Shown here: one piece after another, positions 1 to 11,603 of the stretch
Numbering within the stretch: the first letter of the stretch is position 1
Layout of the letters: every line of letters starts with the position of its first letter
Assembly (NCBI RefSeq): GCF_006345805.1
Contig: NC_042998.1
Location: 196,540,001 to 196,604,000 of the forward strand
Reading direction: 5' to 3'
From: Octopus sinensis
Lineage: Eukaryota
Length of the DNA: 64,000 bases
Translations under genes and position numbers: made by a program
Notes under the pieces: generated by a model
The model's database searches: none
Told to the model about the DNA's origin: nothing
What the model saw: only the letters and a program-made list of their open reading frames with translations

Positions 1-2066
1 TAAAGTTTAAAAAAAACAACAACATCAAAGGTGTCCTTTTACCTAATATAATGTGTAATTCAACAAATTTATTTTCACACATGATGCCATTGACTCTGGG
101 ATCAACATTTTGAGGTGAATAAAGTTTATAAAATCGATCCCAAGAATGAAAGGGGAAGTTAACCTCTGAGATTAAAACTCAAAGCATATCATCATCTTGT
201 ATCCATTAACAGGGGTGGCCTGATCAACCTCAATGCATTAGCTACTGAGGTAGGTAGGTGCAGCCCACCCCTACCTTTGGACTGGCTGGTGCCCATTCTC
301 CTTTGCTATCATGAGGCTTTTTTGGAGCTGGACTTTCTATGGGGAGCATGCCTTTGCTTACCCACCAACCTCAGTTTCTAGACATGAGTGGTCCTGAGAT
401 CTAGGATTCTACCACAATTTTTAAGAAATATGGTGGAAAACTAGCTCAGGAAGGTAGGGACACTACTCCCTGAAACCCCTTTCGGAGCCCCTTAACTAAA
501 ACATAAAGATGTGTAAATGATTGCCAAAAGGCATTTTGTCTGTTTCTTGCCAATTCATCACACACACACATTATTGGTCAGGTATCTGTAAGTCAGGAAA
601 ATTGAGTACTTCTACTATAATATTGTTGATTGGTATATTTCTGATCATGACATACAACTGGTCAGAAAGTTACTGAAGTTTTCATGCCTGCTGTTGCACT
701 TATCAATTTTGACAACTTTTCAAGCTTCTTTTATGCTGGAGGTGAATACACCGTCCCGGTTTGCTCAATGTTGATAAAAAGCAGAATGAAATGAAAAATT
801 TTCTGATAAAGACAAAAAAGTTGTCTCTCTTGGTGCTGTGCCAGCTGTGGGTGAAGTGGGTCAGCTATGTCTGTGTACTAGTCTCTAGTTCAAAGAAAAA
901 GGCCAACCACATTGCTAAAATAAATTTTCTCTCATGAGGGCAGCCACTGAAAATTTCACTTTTTGAGATCAAGACAGCACCCAGATAGTGTAAATTTTTT
1001 AGAATTATTTTCCTCCCAGCCAAGCAATGCTTGCACCAATTACTTCCATTCAGATCAGGTCATATCTTATCGTCATTTAACGTCCGCTTTCCATTAAATG
1101 ACAATGATGATGATGAGATATGACCTAGGAAGTTCCAGCAGTTTCCAGTTGATTTTTCACAGTGTTCCTTTCTCTTTTAAGCACCATGTATCGCTGGTTA
1201 ATGTTGTAAAATCATACCTCTCTTGGATTCTAAATGGTTTTGTGATCATTTTGACTGGCCTTAAAGGGAACCCTCTATTACCGCAATGTATTCTGTTGAG
1301 ATATAGTGAAAACCTGAGCTGAAAGAAATGCTTTTATTACCATTAAGAATCTCAAACCTGAGTGCTGCTTGATTAACCCAGCTAAACTGGAGAGTCACCT
1401 GGTGAGTAAACACATATTGAGGAAGATAAGCAATGATATAAGGAAGGAATCACATCTTTCCTTATAGTGTAACACTAGTGGAGTAGCCAGGATAGAAGCA
1501 AAGCAAGGCTCTTGCAGTTCAGTATAGTGGATTTCTATCTCTCCACAATGAAAGGGTTGTTAAAAAGGACACTTAATTACGATGGTGAGTTCAGTGATGT
1601 TAGTGATAGGAAAATAGAGCTAGTAAAGGCTGATGCCAGTATCCCCTGACTAGCTCCTGTGCCAGTGGCATGTAAAAAGTACCATCAGAACGTGATTGAG
1701 GCCAGGACTGCCTGACTCTTGGAGTGGTTGGCATTAGGAAAGGCATCCAGCTGTAGAAACGTTGCCAGAACAGAACCTGGTGCAGCCTCCTGGCTTGTCA
1801 GTCCCCAGTCAAACTGTGCAAACCATAAACGATGATGATGATGAATGCATGCCAGAAAAACCTTGCAGTTCAACAAGGCTTTGGCCTCAATCAGATGAGC
1901 AGGCCTCGAAAGCTCCTTTGATGTGAAGATGGGAGATGTCTTATGTGCGATCTATTAGGCTTATTTATACTTGACATTGCTGGTGAACTGAACAAGAGCT
2001 GGCAAGTGACCTACTCTGTCATGGTTGCAAAGCATGGCCATACTTGAGCAGGTTGTGCAAACATAA

Positions 2067-2396
2067 AAAAAAAAAGACTCCGCCGGTTACGACGACGAGG
2101 GTCCCAGCTGATACGATCAACGGAACAGCTTGCTCGTGAAATTAACGTGCAAATGGCTGAGCATTCCACAGACACGTGTACCCTTAACGTAGTTCTCGGG
2201 GATAATCAGCGTGACACAGAGAGTGACAAGGCTGACCCTTTGAAATACAAGTACAACTCATTTTTGCCAGCTGAGTGGACTGGAGCAACGTGAAATAAAG
2301 TGTCTTGCTCAAGGATACAACGCGTCGCCGGGAATCGAACTCACAACCTTACGATCATGAGCCGAATGCCCTAACCACTAAGCCACGCTCCCTCAC
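2067..2396 (-). mobile_element. tRNA-derived SINE with CORE-like segment, 13-bp TSD
   Basis: Minus-strand A box tggcttagtgg, B box gagttcgattcc, and CORE-like ccttgagcaagacactt. Direct repeat tgtgcaaacataa at 2054-2066 and 2397-2409. Related copies at about 51025-51575 (-) and 13270-13400 (+). Confidence 0.85.
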
Positions 2397-2461
2397 TGTG
2401 CAAACATAATGTATGTAGTTTAACTCGTTAGAGACACTGGATGCCTCCATGAAGACCTCCG

Positions 2462-3164
2462 GGATCTTTTCGGTTTGAACGGCAGTTTTTTAAACTTCGT
2501 ATACTGGTAGAATGTGTTTATAAAACATCTTTTTCTCTTGGCTTTATTGAGAAAATTCTATAGTTTGTAAGATATTTTCTTCAATTTTGGCAATTTCAAC
2601 CAATCAATGATGTCTATTGAGGTGAAAACATTCTGTGCCGTAAAATTTTCTGGCGGTGAAATATGAAAATGTCCCTCGTTTAAGAAACAGATTGGGTTTA
2701 TTTACATTTCTGAAGAAAAAAAGATACCCTTCCCCCTACCCTTAACCCTAACCCTAAAACAGATTGAAATGCAATAGATTGATACTAGGGCCATAATTAT
2801 GGGTGGACACTAAAGAGGGAACGGTTTTGTTATCCAGCTCTGTTTACAAGTGACCCCTCAGTTTATGGCCACAGGGTATCTTTTTTCTCATAAATAACAG
2901 GGACAATTTCATATGACATCGGAAATAAATGTTGACACACTACGGCAGAAATCGTTTTCACCTCAATAGACGTCATTGATTGGTTGAAATTGCCGAAATG
3001 CAAGAAATTAAAGATCAAATATCTTACAAACTATAGAATTTTCTCAAGAAAGTCAAGAGAAAAAGATGTTTTATAAACACATTCTACCAGTATACGAAGT
3101 TTAAAAATTTTTTTACTTACATAGAAATTATTTTAAAAAACTGCCGTTCAAACCAAAAAGATCT
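2462..3164. mobile_element. Non-autonomous DNA transposon (long-TIR MITE), 8-bp TSD
   Basis: Inverted arms about 2462-2642 and 2941-3164. TSD gacctccg at 2454-2461 and 3165-3172. Confidence 0.85.
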
Positions 3165-3259
3165 GACCTCCGTCTTCTAATGTAAGATTGAAATGAATGG
3201 CATGTGCAGGTTCAAAATGTCTGAGAAAGCCCAACCAGATGATGGTGATACTTCACACT

Positions 3260-3500
3260 TAAGTAAGAAATTCCTGCCAACCCTTTTTGTCCTATATTGA
3301 GATGACTCTTTAGCCATCTCAAGTGGCTTGAACAGGCATAGCCTTAAGAAAGATCTCACTCCCTTGGACTAAAAGTAACCATAGAGACCAACCTTACCGT
3401 AGTAAATTTCTTAGATGTAGGGCTCAATTTGGGTATTGGTTCGTATAGGCCCCACAGCAAATCTAATGAGAGGCCTTTGTATCTTGGTAAGTTTGTGAGG
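3260..3500 (+). pseudogene. Penelope-like element reverse transcriptase relic
   Basis: LY*DDSLAI (YRDD motif with CGA>TGA), then after a frameshift LGLKVTIETNLTVVNFLDVGLNLGIGSYRPHSKSNERPLYL, matching the PLE RT pattern GLKITIE...VNFLDV.L.L....YKPY.KPN..PLY. Confidence 0.75.
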
Positions 3501-3589
3501 CAGCAATGGCTTTTTGGAGCCATCTAAGATTGGTAGAGAAAAGGAAGATCTTGACAGTCTTCAACCGGAAACATAATGGAAATGTTTGC

Positions 3590-4040
3590 AACTATATGCC
3601 ATAATATATATCTGGAAGATCCTAGAAGGACTTGTCCCAGACTTTGGCATCGAGAGTCACACAAATGCCAGAACCGGACGCCACTGCGTAGTACCAAGGA
3701 CTCCAAATTTGCCATCAAGATGTAGGACAAGATATTGTGATAGCCTGGGCTTCAGAGGCCCACAGCTCTTCAATATCCTCCCGAAGAACCTGAGGGACCT
3801 GCATAGTGTAGATGCGGATGTCTTTAAAGTAGGACTGGATCTCTTCCTGTCAGGTGTCCCGGATGAACCAACTTCACGGCAGGAGGTGCAGATGAGGGCA
3901 GCTGCATCGAACTCTCTCATGCATCAGATGGCGTTTGCTAAAAAGCATCCGTGAGGTAAAATCGTGTAGCAAACCAAATGGCGGTGCCCCAGCATGGCCA
4001 CAGCTCATTAGCTGAAACTGGAAAAATCAAAATCAAACTA
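3590..4040 (+). mobile_element. CR1/L2-group LINE 3' fragment (end of ORF2 plus 3' UTR)
   Basis: YAIIYIWKILEGLVP...GPQLFNILP..LRDL....FKVGLDLFLSGVPDEP is the typical CR1/L2-group C-terminus. Short repeat tail (aaaatc). Confidence 0.8.
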
Positions 4041-5132
4041 AAGAGACCTGGGTAAAGGTACTTGAGAGGCGTTAAAATGGTTGGCAGATTAACTTCAGTT
4101 CATTCAAGAATTTTTTCTATAGTTGCTATTAACCATTTTCACTCACAAGGTTTTGTGTTGACTCATTGCTATAGTAAAAGATACTTGCTCAAGGAGAGAA
4201 CCGTATGATTATGAAGCAAAATTTTCGAGTATGTGGCCATATTGGTTGAAATAACAATTGCTAGAAATGTACTTGTTCAAGAAAAAAAATCTTTGTATTT
4301 CTCAAACTTGTGAAAGTAATTTTTTTTTTCAGGGTTGCAAACCCCAAAGCTTAATGTGGATGGATAGCTTGATCAATTTGTTTCAACCTTTGTGTGAGAG
4401 TACCACAAAAAGTTTCAGCTTAGTAGCAAATTCAGTGAAAGATTTAACAGACAATGTGTTATTTCTTAGGTCTGTGGCCACTACTTTTTATTAGAAGCCT
4501 TCATCATCATTGTTTAACGTTTGCTTTCCATGCTGGCATGAGTTGGATGGTTTGACTGAGGACTGGCAAGCCAGTAAGCTGCACCAGGCTCCAATCTGAT
4601 CTGGCAAGGTTTCTACAGCTGGATGCCCTTCCAACCACTCTGAGAGTGTAGTGGGTGCTTTTTATGTGCCACCGGCATGGGGGCCCCAACCAGCACTGGC
4701 ATCGACCACACTTGAATGGTGCTTTTTACATGCCACTAGCATGGGAGCCAGAAGTAGTTTTAGAACTGGGAACTTCTATATTTTCATTGGTTGGTTTTCA
4801 TTAAAGAATCTGTCAAAGATTATGGGACAAGTTCCAAATCTGGAAGAGTGGTGTAGAATTAGCAACAAAAAGCCTGAACAATCTAGGCAGTAGCCTTGCT
4901 CAATACTTGGAAGAAATCCACTAGGAAACTTTATATTGTGTATTTGGAAGAAATAGTGGGTGCTCAAAAGTTGTGATGGGCTGACAGATACAGAGAGAGA
5001 AACCGGGAATTTAAATGAACAGGAATGCTGAGCAGTGTGGATACTCCAAAAAATAAAGATCAAGAATTGTCCAGATGGAAGATATTCAGAGAGTAGGCTG
5101 ATCAAAATGTAAAATGGAACTATACCAAGAGT

Positions 5133-5134
<2 letters not shown>

Positions 5135-5182
<48 letters not shown>
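5135..5182. repeat. (TA)n microsatellite
   Basis: Directly visible. Confidence 0.97.
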
Positions 5183-5184
<2 letters not shown>

Positions 5185-5823
5185 CAAAAATAAGCAACAA
5201 GAATGAATCCGGTAATTTAGTACAATTGTTTTGTACTACAACATTTTATTAAAAGCTGTAAATATTACAGCCGATTTAAGATGCAGAGTAATCTTCAGCT
5301 AATTTTATATAGGTTTTCCAATAATATAAAGTTCTCAGATCAATTAATAACATCTTAGGGAAGGTAAATATACAGATAAAGATGTAGATATGAATCTCAG
5401 GAACATGAGGTAGTGTAGTTAGGATGCCAACCTGACCAAAACTTTGCTCACAACTAACTGTTGTAAGAAAATTTCCTTAGTTATAAGAATGGGGGTAAGG
5501 GCAGGTTAAGAAATCAAGTTAGTCAAGCTAGAAGAAAAGAAGGGGAAAAAATTCAGGAGATGTAAAAGACTAACAGATTGTCACTAGAACAAAGGGTCAA
5601 TCTATTTATGTGGTGACAAAAGATTTAGGTCAGTGTAGAAGAAACACTAAATTCTTAGGAGACTATGAGGTAGGAGGTCAGCTACTAAACTGACCAACCC
5701 TTACTTTCATCTGAAAGCCATCAGAATTTTTAGTAGGAATTTAGGTAAGGGGATGTGAAAAAAAGCTGTAAAAGGGGTTAAAGTTAGAGAAAATACATGA
5801 AGGGAATTCAAGGTTATCAATAG

Positions 5824-5824
<1 letters not shown>

Positions 5825-5914
<90 letters not shown>
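5825..5914. repeat. (AC)n(AT)n microsatellite
   Basis: Directly visible. Confidence 0.97.
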
Positions 5915-5918
<4 letters not shown>

Positions 5919-6719
5919 TCATTCCTTCTATGATAAAATGAAATGGTTTAAGTTTTGTTTAAAATAAGTTTATAGGTTGATAATTATATTAATTGAAAAT
6001 ATTTGACTTATATTTACAATACAAAATGGCCATCCTTTGCTTTCACCATAGCCCTTCATCTTTTCTCAGCTGAAGTGCAGGACATTGGGGGAAACGTGAT
6101 TGATTCCAGGGCCGCCTGACTGGTTCCCGTGCTGACGGTATGTAAAAAGCACCATCCGAACGTAGCCGATGCCTGGCCCACCTGACTGGCTCTTGTGCTG
6201 GTGGCACTTAAAAAGCATTCATTACACTCTCAGAGTGGTTGGCGTTAGGAAGGGCATCCAGCTGTAGAAACACTGCCAGATCAGATTGGAGGCCGGTGCA
6301 ATTGCTGGCTTTCCAGAGCTCTTTCAAGCTGTCCAACCCATGCCAGCATGGAAAACGGACGTTGAATGATGACGATGATGTTGCACCCAGTTGTAGATGA
6401 GGTTAACAATATACTCCATGTTTTCATCATTGTTTTATCACTTGTTCCCAAGTAAGGTAATATTTTCCCTAGTCCAAGCATGTTTCCACAGAAAACTGGA
6501 AGCGAATAACATTACTTGTATAATGGTGGCACTCACTTGCAACTGCCACATAATGTCAAGACATTACACATCCAGCAGAGCATGCTGGCCTCATTCCTCT
6601 CTAGCCTTTGCATGTTCTCTGCATTTAGGGCCCATATTTCTCAACCGTGTAGAATTGCTGTTTGTATGCATGCATCATATGGTCTTCCTTTCACTAGAAA
6701 ATAAATATGTATTTATATG

Positions 6720-7265
6720 TGTGTATGTACAATATTTACATTTGACGGATATTTGTCCTCATCTTGTTTGTTGTTAACACAATGTTTCAGCTGATATACC
6801 CTCCAGCCTTCATCAGGTGTCTTGGGGAAATTTCGAACCTGGGTTCTCATTCCTAAGGTATTTTTCAGTGTTATTATTATTCAGATCACTGCCTGGAATC
6901 GAACTTTGAATCTTGTGGTTAGTAGCCCACGCTCTTAACCACTATGCCATATGCCTGTGGTTTTTTTCTTCTTCAGAGCTTTCTAGATGTCGGCTACTTA
7001 CATTAACTACTGCTTTCACAGGTGGGTGACAGACTTTAGTCTTCATTTGCTGACCTTTGAGTTTCATAAGCTTCATAATCTGGTGTGTCTTCACTATTTC
7101 AAATAATAACATCGAAAAATACCTTAGGAATGAGAACCCAGGTTCAAAATTTCCCCAAGACACCTGATGAAGGCTGGAGAGTATATCAGCCGAAACGTGT
7201 TAACAACAAACAAGATGAGGACAAATATCCGTCAAAAGTAAATAATTCCACATCTCTTAGACATC
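6720..7265. mobile_element. tRNA-headed hammerhead-bearing element, inverted pair
   Basis: A minus copy at about 6720-6958 (tRNA-like head plus tail) and a plus 3' part at about 7100-7265 form inverted arms. Confidence 0.8.
7159..7202 (+). ncRNA. Minimal type I hammerhead ribozyme motif (damaged copy)
   Basis: GACAC-CTGATGA-A-GGCTG(gagagtatat)CAGCC-GAAACGT-gtt. Two nt are missing at the cleavage site relative to the family consensus. Confidence 0.75.
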
Positions 7266-7340
7266 GGACTGTATGTGTATACATATGTACATAGTCTGTA
7301 TATATATATTGATTAAACCTCGCCAAGTTAAATATTTAAA

Positions 7341-7405
7341 CCACCTGAAGAATGACTGTAACTCGAAATTTTAAGAATTGGACAGCCATGAAACAATCGT
7401 AGTGT
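7341..7405 (+). ncRNA. Hammerhead ribozyme motif, second family
   Basis: CCAC-CTGAAGA-ATGACTGT(22 nt)ACAGCCAT-GAAAC-aatc-GTA|GTG. Stems I, II and III and a GUA triplet are all present. Confidence 0.7.
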
Positions 7406-8302
7406 TATATTATCTTTTTTAATAATTTTGATATATATTTAAATAATATAAATTAATTAATCTTATGTATTGGCTTAAGTTTTTCATTGTATGATTTGCC
7501 TAATAGTGGTTTTATCTCTAATTTAATATAATATATATATATGTGTGTGTGTGTGTGTCTGTGTATATATATATGTACCTACGTATGTATATACATATCT
7601 ACATACGTATATGTGTGTGTGTGTATACATATCTCTTGTCATCTTCATATAATATTCATTTTCCATGTTGACATGGGTTGAATGGTTTGACAGGAGCTGG
7701 CAACCCAGAAAACTCTATCTGCTTCGGCACTGTTTCTATGGTTGGGTACCCTTCCTAACATCAACCACTTTACAGGGTGTACTGTGTGTATTTTTGCATG
7801 GCACCAGCAGCAGTGAGGTCACCGAATAACTTACAAGGCAAGGCCCTTCAACCGAGGTGGGTGTGGCACTGAAGGGCAGAAATAGGTGTCTTGCAGTAGA
7901 GGCAAGACATGGCCATGTCAGGTGGTGAGAGAGAGGAGATAGATAAGATGGTGAAGATGTGACAGGTGATGTAGCCCCGTGTTTAAGGAAGTGGATCAGG
8001 CACTGGAGAGGGTTAGTGGGTGGGTAAGTTCACAAGCTTGGGAAAGGAGAATGGGGTGGTGGTGGAGAGGGAGGAGGTACTGGGAGGATATGTGGTGTGG
8101 AAGAAATTTGTTAGGAACATATTGTGTGCAAGTAGGTTTGTTATGGAGAGTAGGAGATAGAAGGAAGGGTTATACAGTGGGAGGAAGGGAGAGGTGTTGC
8201 AAAGGTGGGTTGTTGGGGAGAGGTTGGAAGTCCTTCTAGCCTGAATTCTATTTTGTAGATGCTTTTCTGTATGATTGGATAGAAAGAAAAAAATATTATT
8301 AA

Positions 8303-11300
8303 TCAAAGTAAGGATATGCATGATAGGCTTCTTTCAGTTTCCCTGTACCAAATCCTCTCATAAAGCTTTGGCTAGAGTAGATGACACCTGCCCAAGGTGA
8401 CATGCAATGAGACTGATCCAAGCCCACACCTGCATCTAGGAATGTAAAAAAATGTCTGCAATAAAAATACTAAAATTTAATATTGTTGATTGAATATTAT
8501 AAAAAGATGTTGCTGTATTTTGGAAGAGTCATAATTAATAAAGCCTATAAACACACACATCGGTTGTTGCTTGTCTATATTTCACTTCTCTTTGTTTTTC
8601 GAAATCATTTGATATATGTTTATGTCCCCCAAAGTATTTTTCCCTCCACCAATTTGTACCTTTCTCAATGGGTATATATTTTGTACTTTTAAATGCTCGA
8701 ATTTGGAATTTTTTTTTTTTTTTTCAGTATACCCAAATAGAAAACAATAAATTGCTGTAGTGGAAAGTCTATTGAGGGACACAAATGAAGATCAAATGTT
8801 TTCAAAGAAAAAGATAAAGTGAAATATAGACAAGCAACAACTGAGGAGTGTATTTCTAAGTTTTATCAATTATAACAATTCCCAAATATAACAATATTGG
8901 TTTCAACACTTGGTTTGAAAACAAAATTCTTGCAAAACAAATTTAAATATATATATATATATATATATTCTTGCACCTTCAATTAAGGGTCCATTAATTC
9001 ATCAGAAAGGTGGCAAGCTGGCATGATCATTAGCTCATTGGGCAAAATACTTTTAGTTCTAGAAAATCCCCCAAAATTAAGAGATTCCAAAGATTTCCTT
9101 TAAATTAAATCCTTAAATCCTTTTTAGGCTGAAGGCCGCAGCCATGCTGGGGCACCACCGCTGTATTTTTAATTGTTTACTTTTTCTGATAAAATTTTCT
9201 CTTTATATTGTCTATTCAAAGGTAGCGAGCTGGCAGAAACGTTAGCACACTGGGCGAAATACTTAGTGGTATTTCGTCTGTCTTTATGTTCTGAGTTCAA
9301 ATTCCTCCAAGGTTGACTTTGCCTTTCATCCTTTCAGAGTCGATAAATTAGGTACCAGTTGTGTACTGGGGTCGATCTAATCGACTGGCCTCCTCCCCCA
9401 AAATTTCAGGCCTTGTGCCTAGAGTAGAAAAGAAAATTCATAGTGTTTCTAAGGCAGCAAGCTGGCAGAAATGTTAGCACACTAGGCAAAATACTTAGTG
9501 GTATTTCGTCTATCTTTACATTCTGAGTTCAAATTCCACCGAGGTCGACATTGCCTTTCATTCTTTTGGGGTCGATAAATTAGGTACCAGTTGCATACTG
9601 GGGTTAATCTAATCAACTGGCCCCCTTCCCCAAAATTTCAGGCCTTGTGCCTAGAGTAGAAAAGATTGTCTATTCAATTTCTTAATCCTTTGATAATTCT
9701 TTTGTAAGAGTACTCAATTTGAACTGATCCATTTACTAGTCTCTCACCATTACTTAGCATTCTTATGTCTCTGTCAAATTAGCATTCTTATCTGTCTCTG
9801 TCAAATGAAATGCTTATTTAATCATATTGTTTTGAATTAATCAGGAATTATCTCAGAGCTTTCGGATTTTGATGGTGTGATTGCTTATTTTTAGAGTGGC
9901 ATCATAGGGTTGGTGTGAGAGGCCAGACCAGGCCTATTTGAATGTAAATCATGTAGAACGTTTAGGTTGGATAAGGCTGGTTTAAAATGGCTAAACTTAT
10001 TCTGGCTTTTTTGTTTTCTTAAGCCCTTGGATTCATAAGGCTGGTTTACCTGGTTTCCATGATGTATAAATGACCAAGATCACAACAGTCTCCCTGAACA
10101 GGACACCAACTTGATGCAAAGTTCAAACCCCAAAATTTCAGGGGTAAAGGGCAGTCGATTACATTGACCCCCAGTACTTGACTACTCTGTTATTTTATTG
10201 ACCCTACCAAAGGGATGAAAAGCAAAGGTGACCTTGGTTGGGTTTGAACTAAGAACATAAAAAGCAGAAGAAATGCTTCTAAGAATTTTGCCCACTGAGC
10301 TAATGATCATGACAGCTTGCCACCTTTCTGATGAATTAATGGTCCCTTAATTGAAGGTGCACGAATATTAATGATATTTAAAGATATATATCATCATCAT
10401 CGTTTAACGTCCGTTTTCCGCGCTAGCACGGGTTGGACAGTTCGACCAGGGTCTGGGAAGCCAGGGGCTGCACCAGGCTCCAGTCTGATCTGGCAGAGTT
10501 TCTACAGCTGGATGCCCTTCCTAACGCCAACCACTCCGCGATTGTAGTGGGTGCTTTTTACGTGCCACCTGCACAGGTGCCAGGGGGGTCCGGCATCGGC
10601 CACGATCGGTTGGGGCTTTTAACGTGCCACCGGTACAGAAGCCAGCCAAGGCGGCGCTGGCAACGGCCACGTTTGGATGGTGCTTTTTATGTGCCACCGG
10701 CACAGAAGCCAGTCGGGGTGGTGCTGGCATCGGCCACGTTCGGATGGTGCTTTTTATGTGCATCATATATATATATTTGAATTGATTTTGAATTTGTTTT
10801 GCAAGAATTTTGTTTCCAAACCAAGTGTTGAAACCAATATTGTTATATTTGGGAATTGTTATAATTGATAAAACTTAGAAAGACACTCCTCGGTTGTTGC
10901 TTGTCTATATTTCACTTTTTCTTTTTCTTTGAAAACATTTGATGTTCATTTGTGTCCCTCAAAAGACTTTTCACTACAGCAATTTATTGTTTTCTCAATG
11001 GGTATACTGAAAAAAAAAACAGTAAAAAATTCCTAATTCAAGCATTTAAAAGTACACAATATATACCCATTGAGAAAGGTACAAATTGGTGGATGGAAAA
11101 ATATTTTGGGGGACATAAACATATATCAAATGATTTCGAAAAACAAAGAGAAGTGAAATATTTATTTCTTTACTATCCACAAGGGGCTAAACATAGAGGG
11201 GACAAACAAGGACAGACAAAGGGATTAAGTCGATTACATCGACCCCAGTGCGAAACTGATACTTTATTATCGAAACTGGTACTTTATTTATCGACCTCGA

Positions 11301-11603
11301 AAGGATGAAAGACAAAGAGAAGTGAAATATAGACAAGCAACAACCGATGAGTGTGTTTATAGGCTTTATTAATTATGACTCTTCCAAAATACAGCAACAT
11401 CTTTTTTTAATATTCAATCAACAATATTAAATTTTAGTATTTTTATTGCAGACTTTTTTTACATTCCTAGATGCAGGTGTGGGCTTGGATCAGTCTCACT
11501 GCATGTTACCTTGGGCAGGTGTCGTCTACTCTAGCCAAAGCTTTATGAGAGGATTTGGTACAGGGAAACTGAAAGAAGCCTATCATGCATATCATTACTT
11601 TGA
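8303..11603. repeat. Local inverted duplication (arms about 8303-8950 and 10790-11603)
   Basis: The arms are reverse complements over about 650 bp, including a shared degenerate SINE piece and unique sequence. Confidence 0.9.
11162..11311 (-). mobile_element. 5'-truncated Nin-type SINE with 19-bp TSD
   Basis: acaaagagaagtgaaatat at 11143-11161 and 11312-11330. The empty site is present in the sister arm near 8580-8600. Confidence 0.9.

Noticed and set aside
2725-2760. (CCCTAA)-like telomeric repeat
   Set aside because: Only two to three units inside a MITE; not an interstitial telomere array.
5255-5305. Minus-strand CTGAAGA with a Penelope-like tail
   Set aside because: Stem II and GAAA are too degraded to call.
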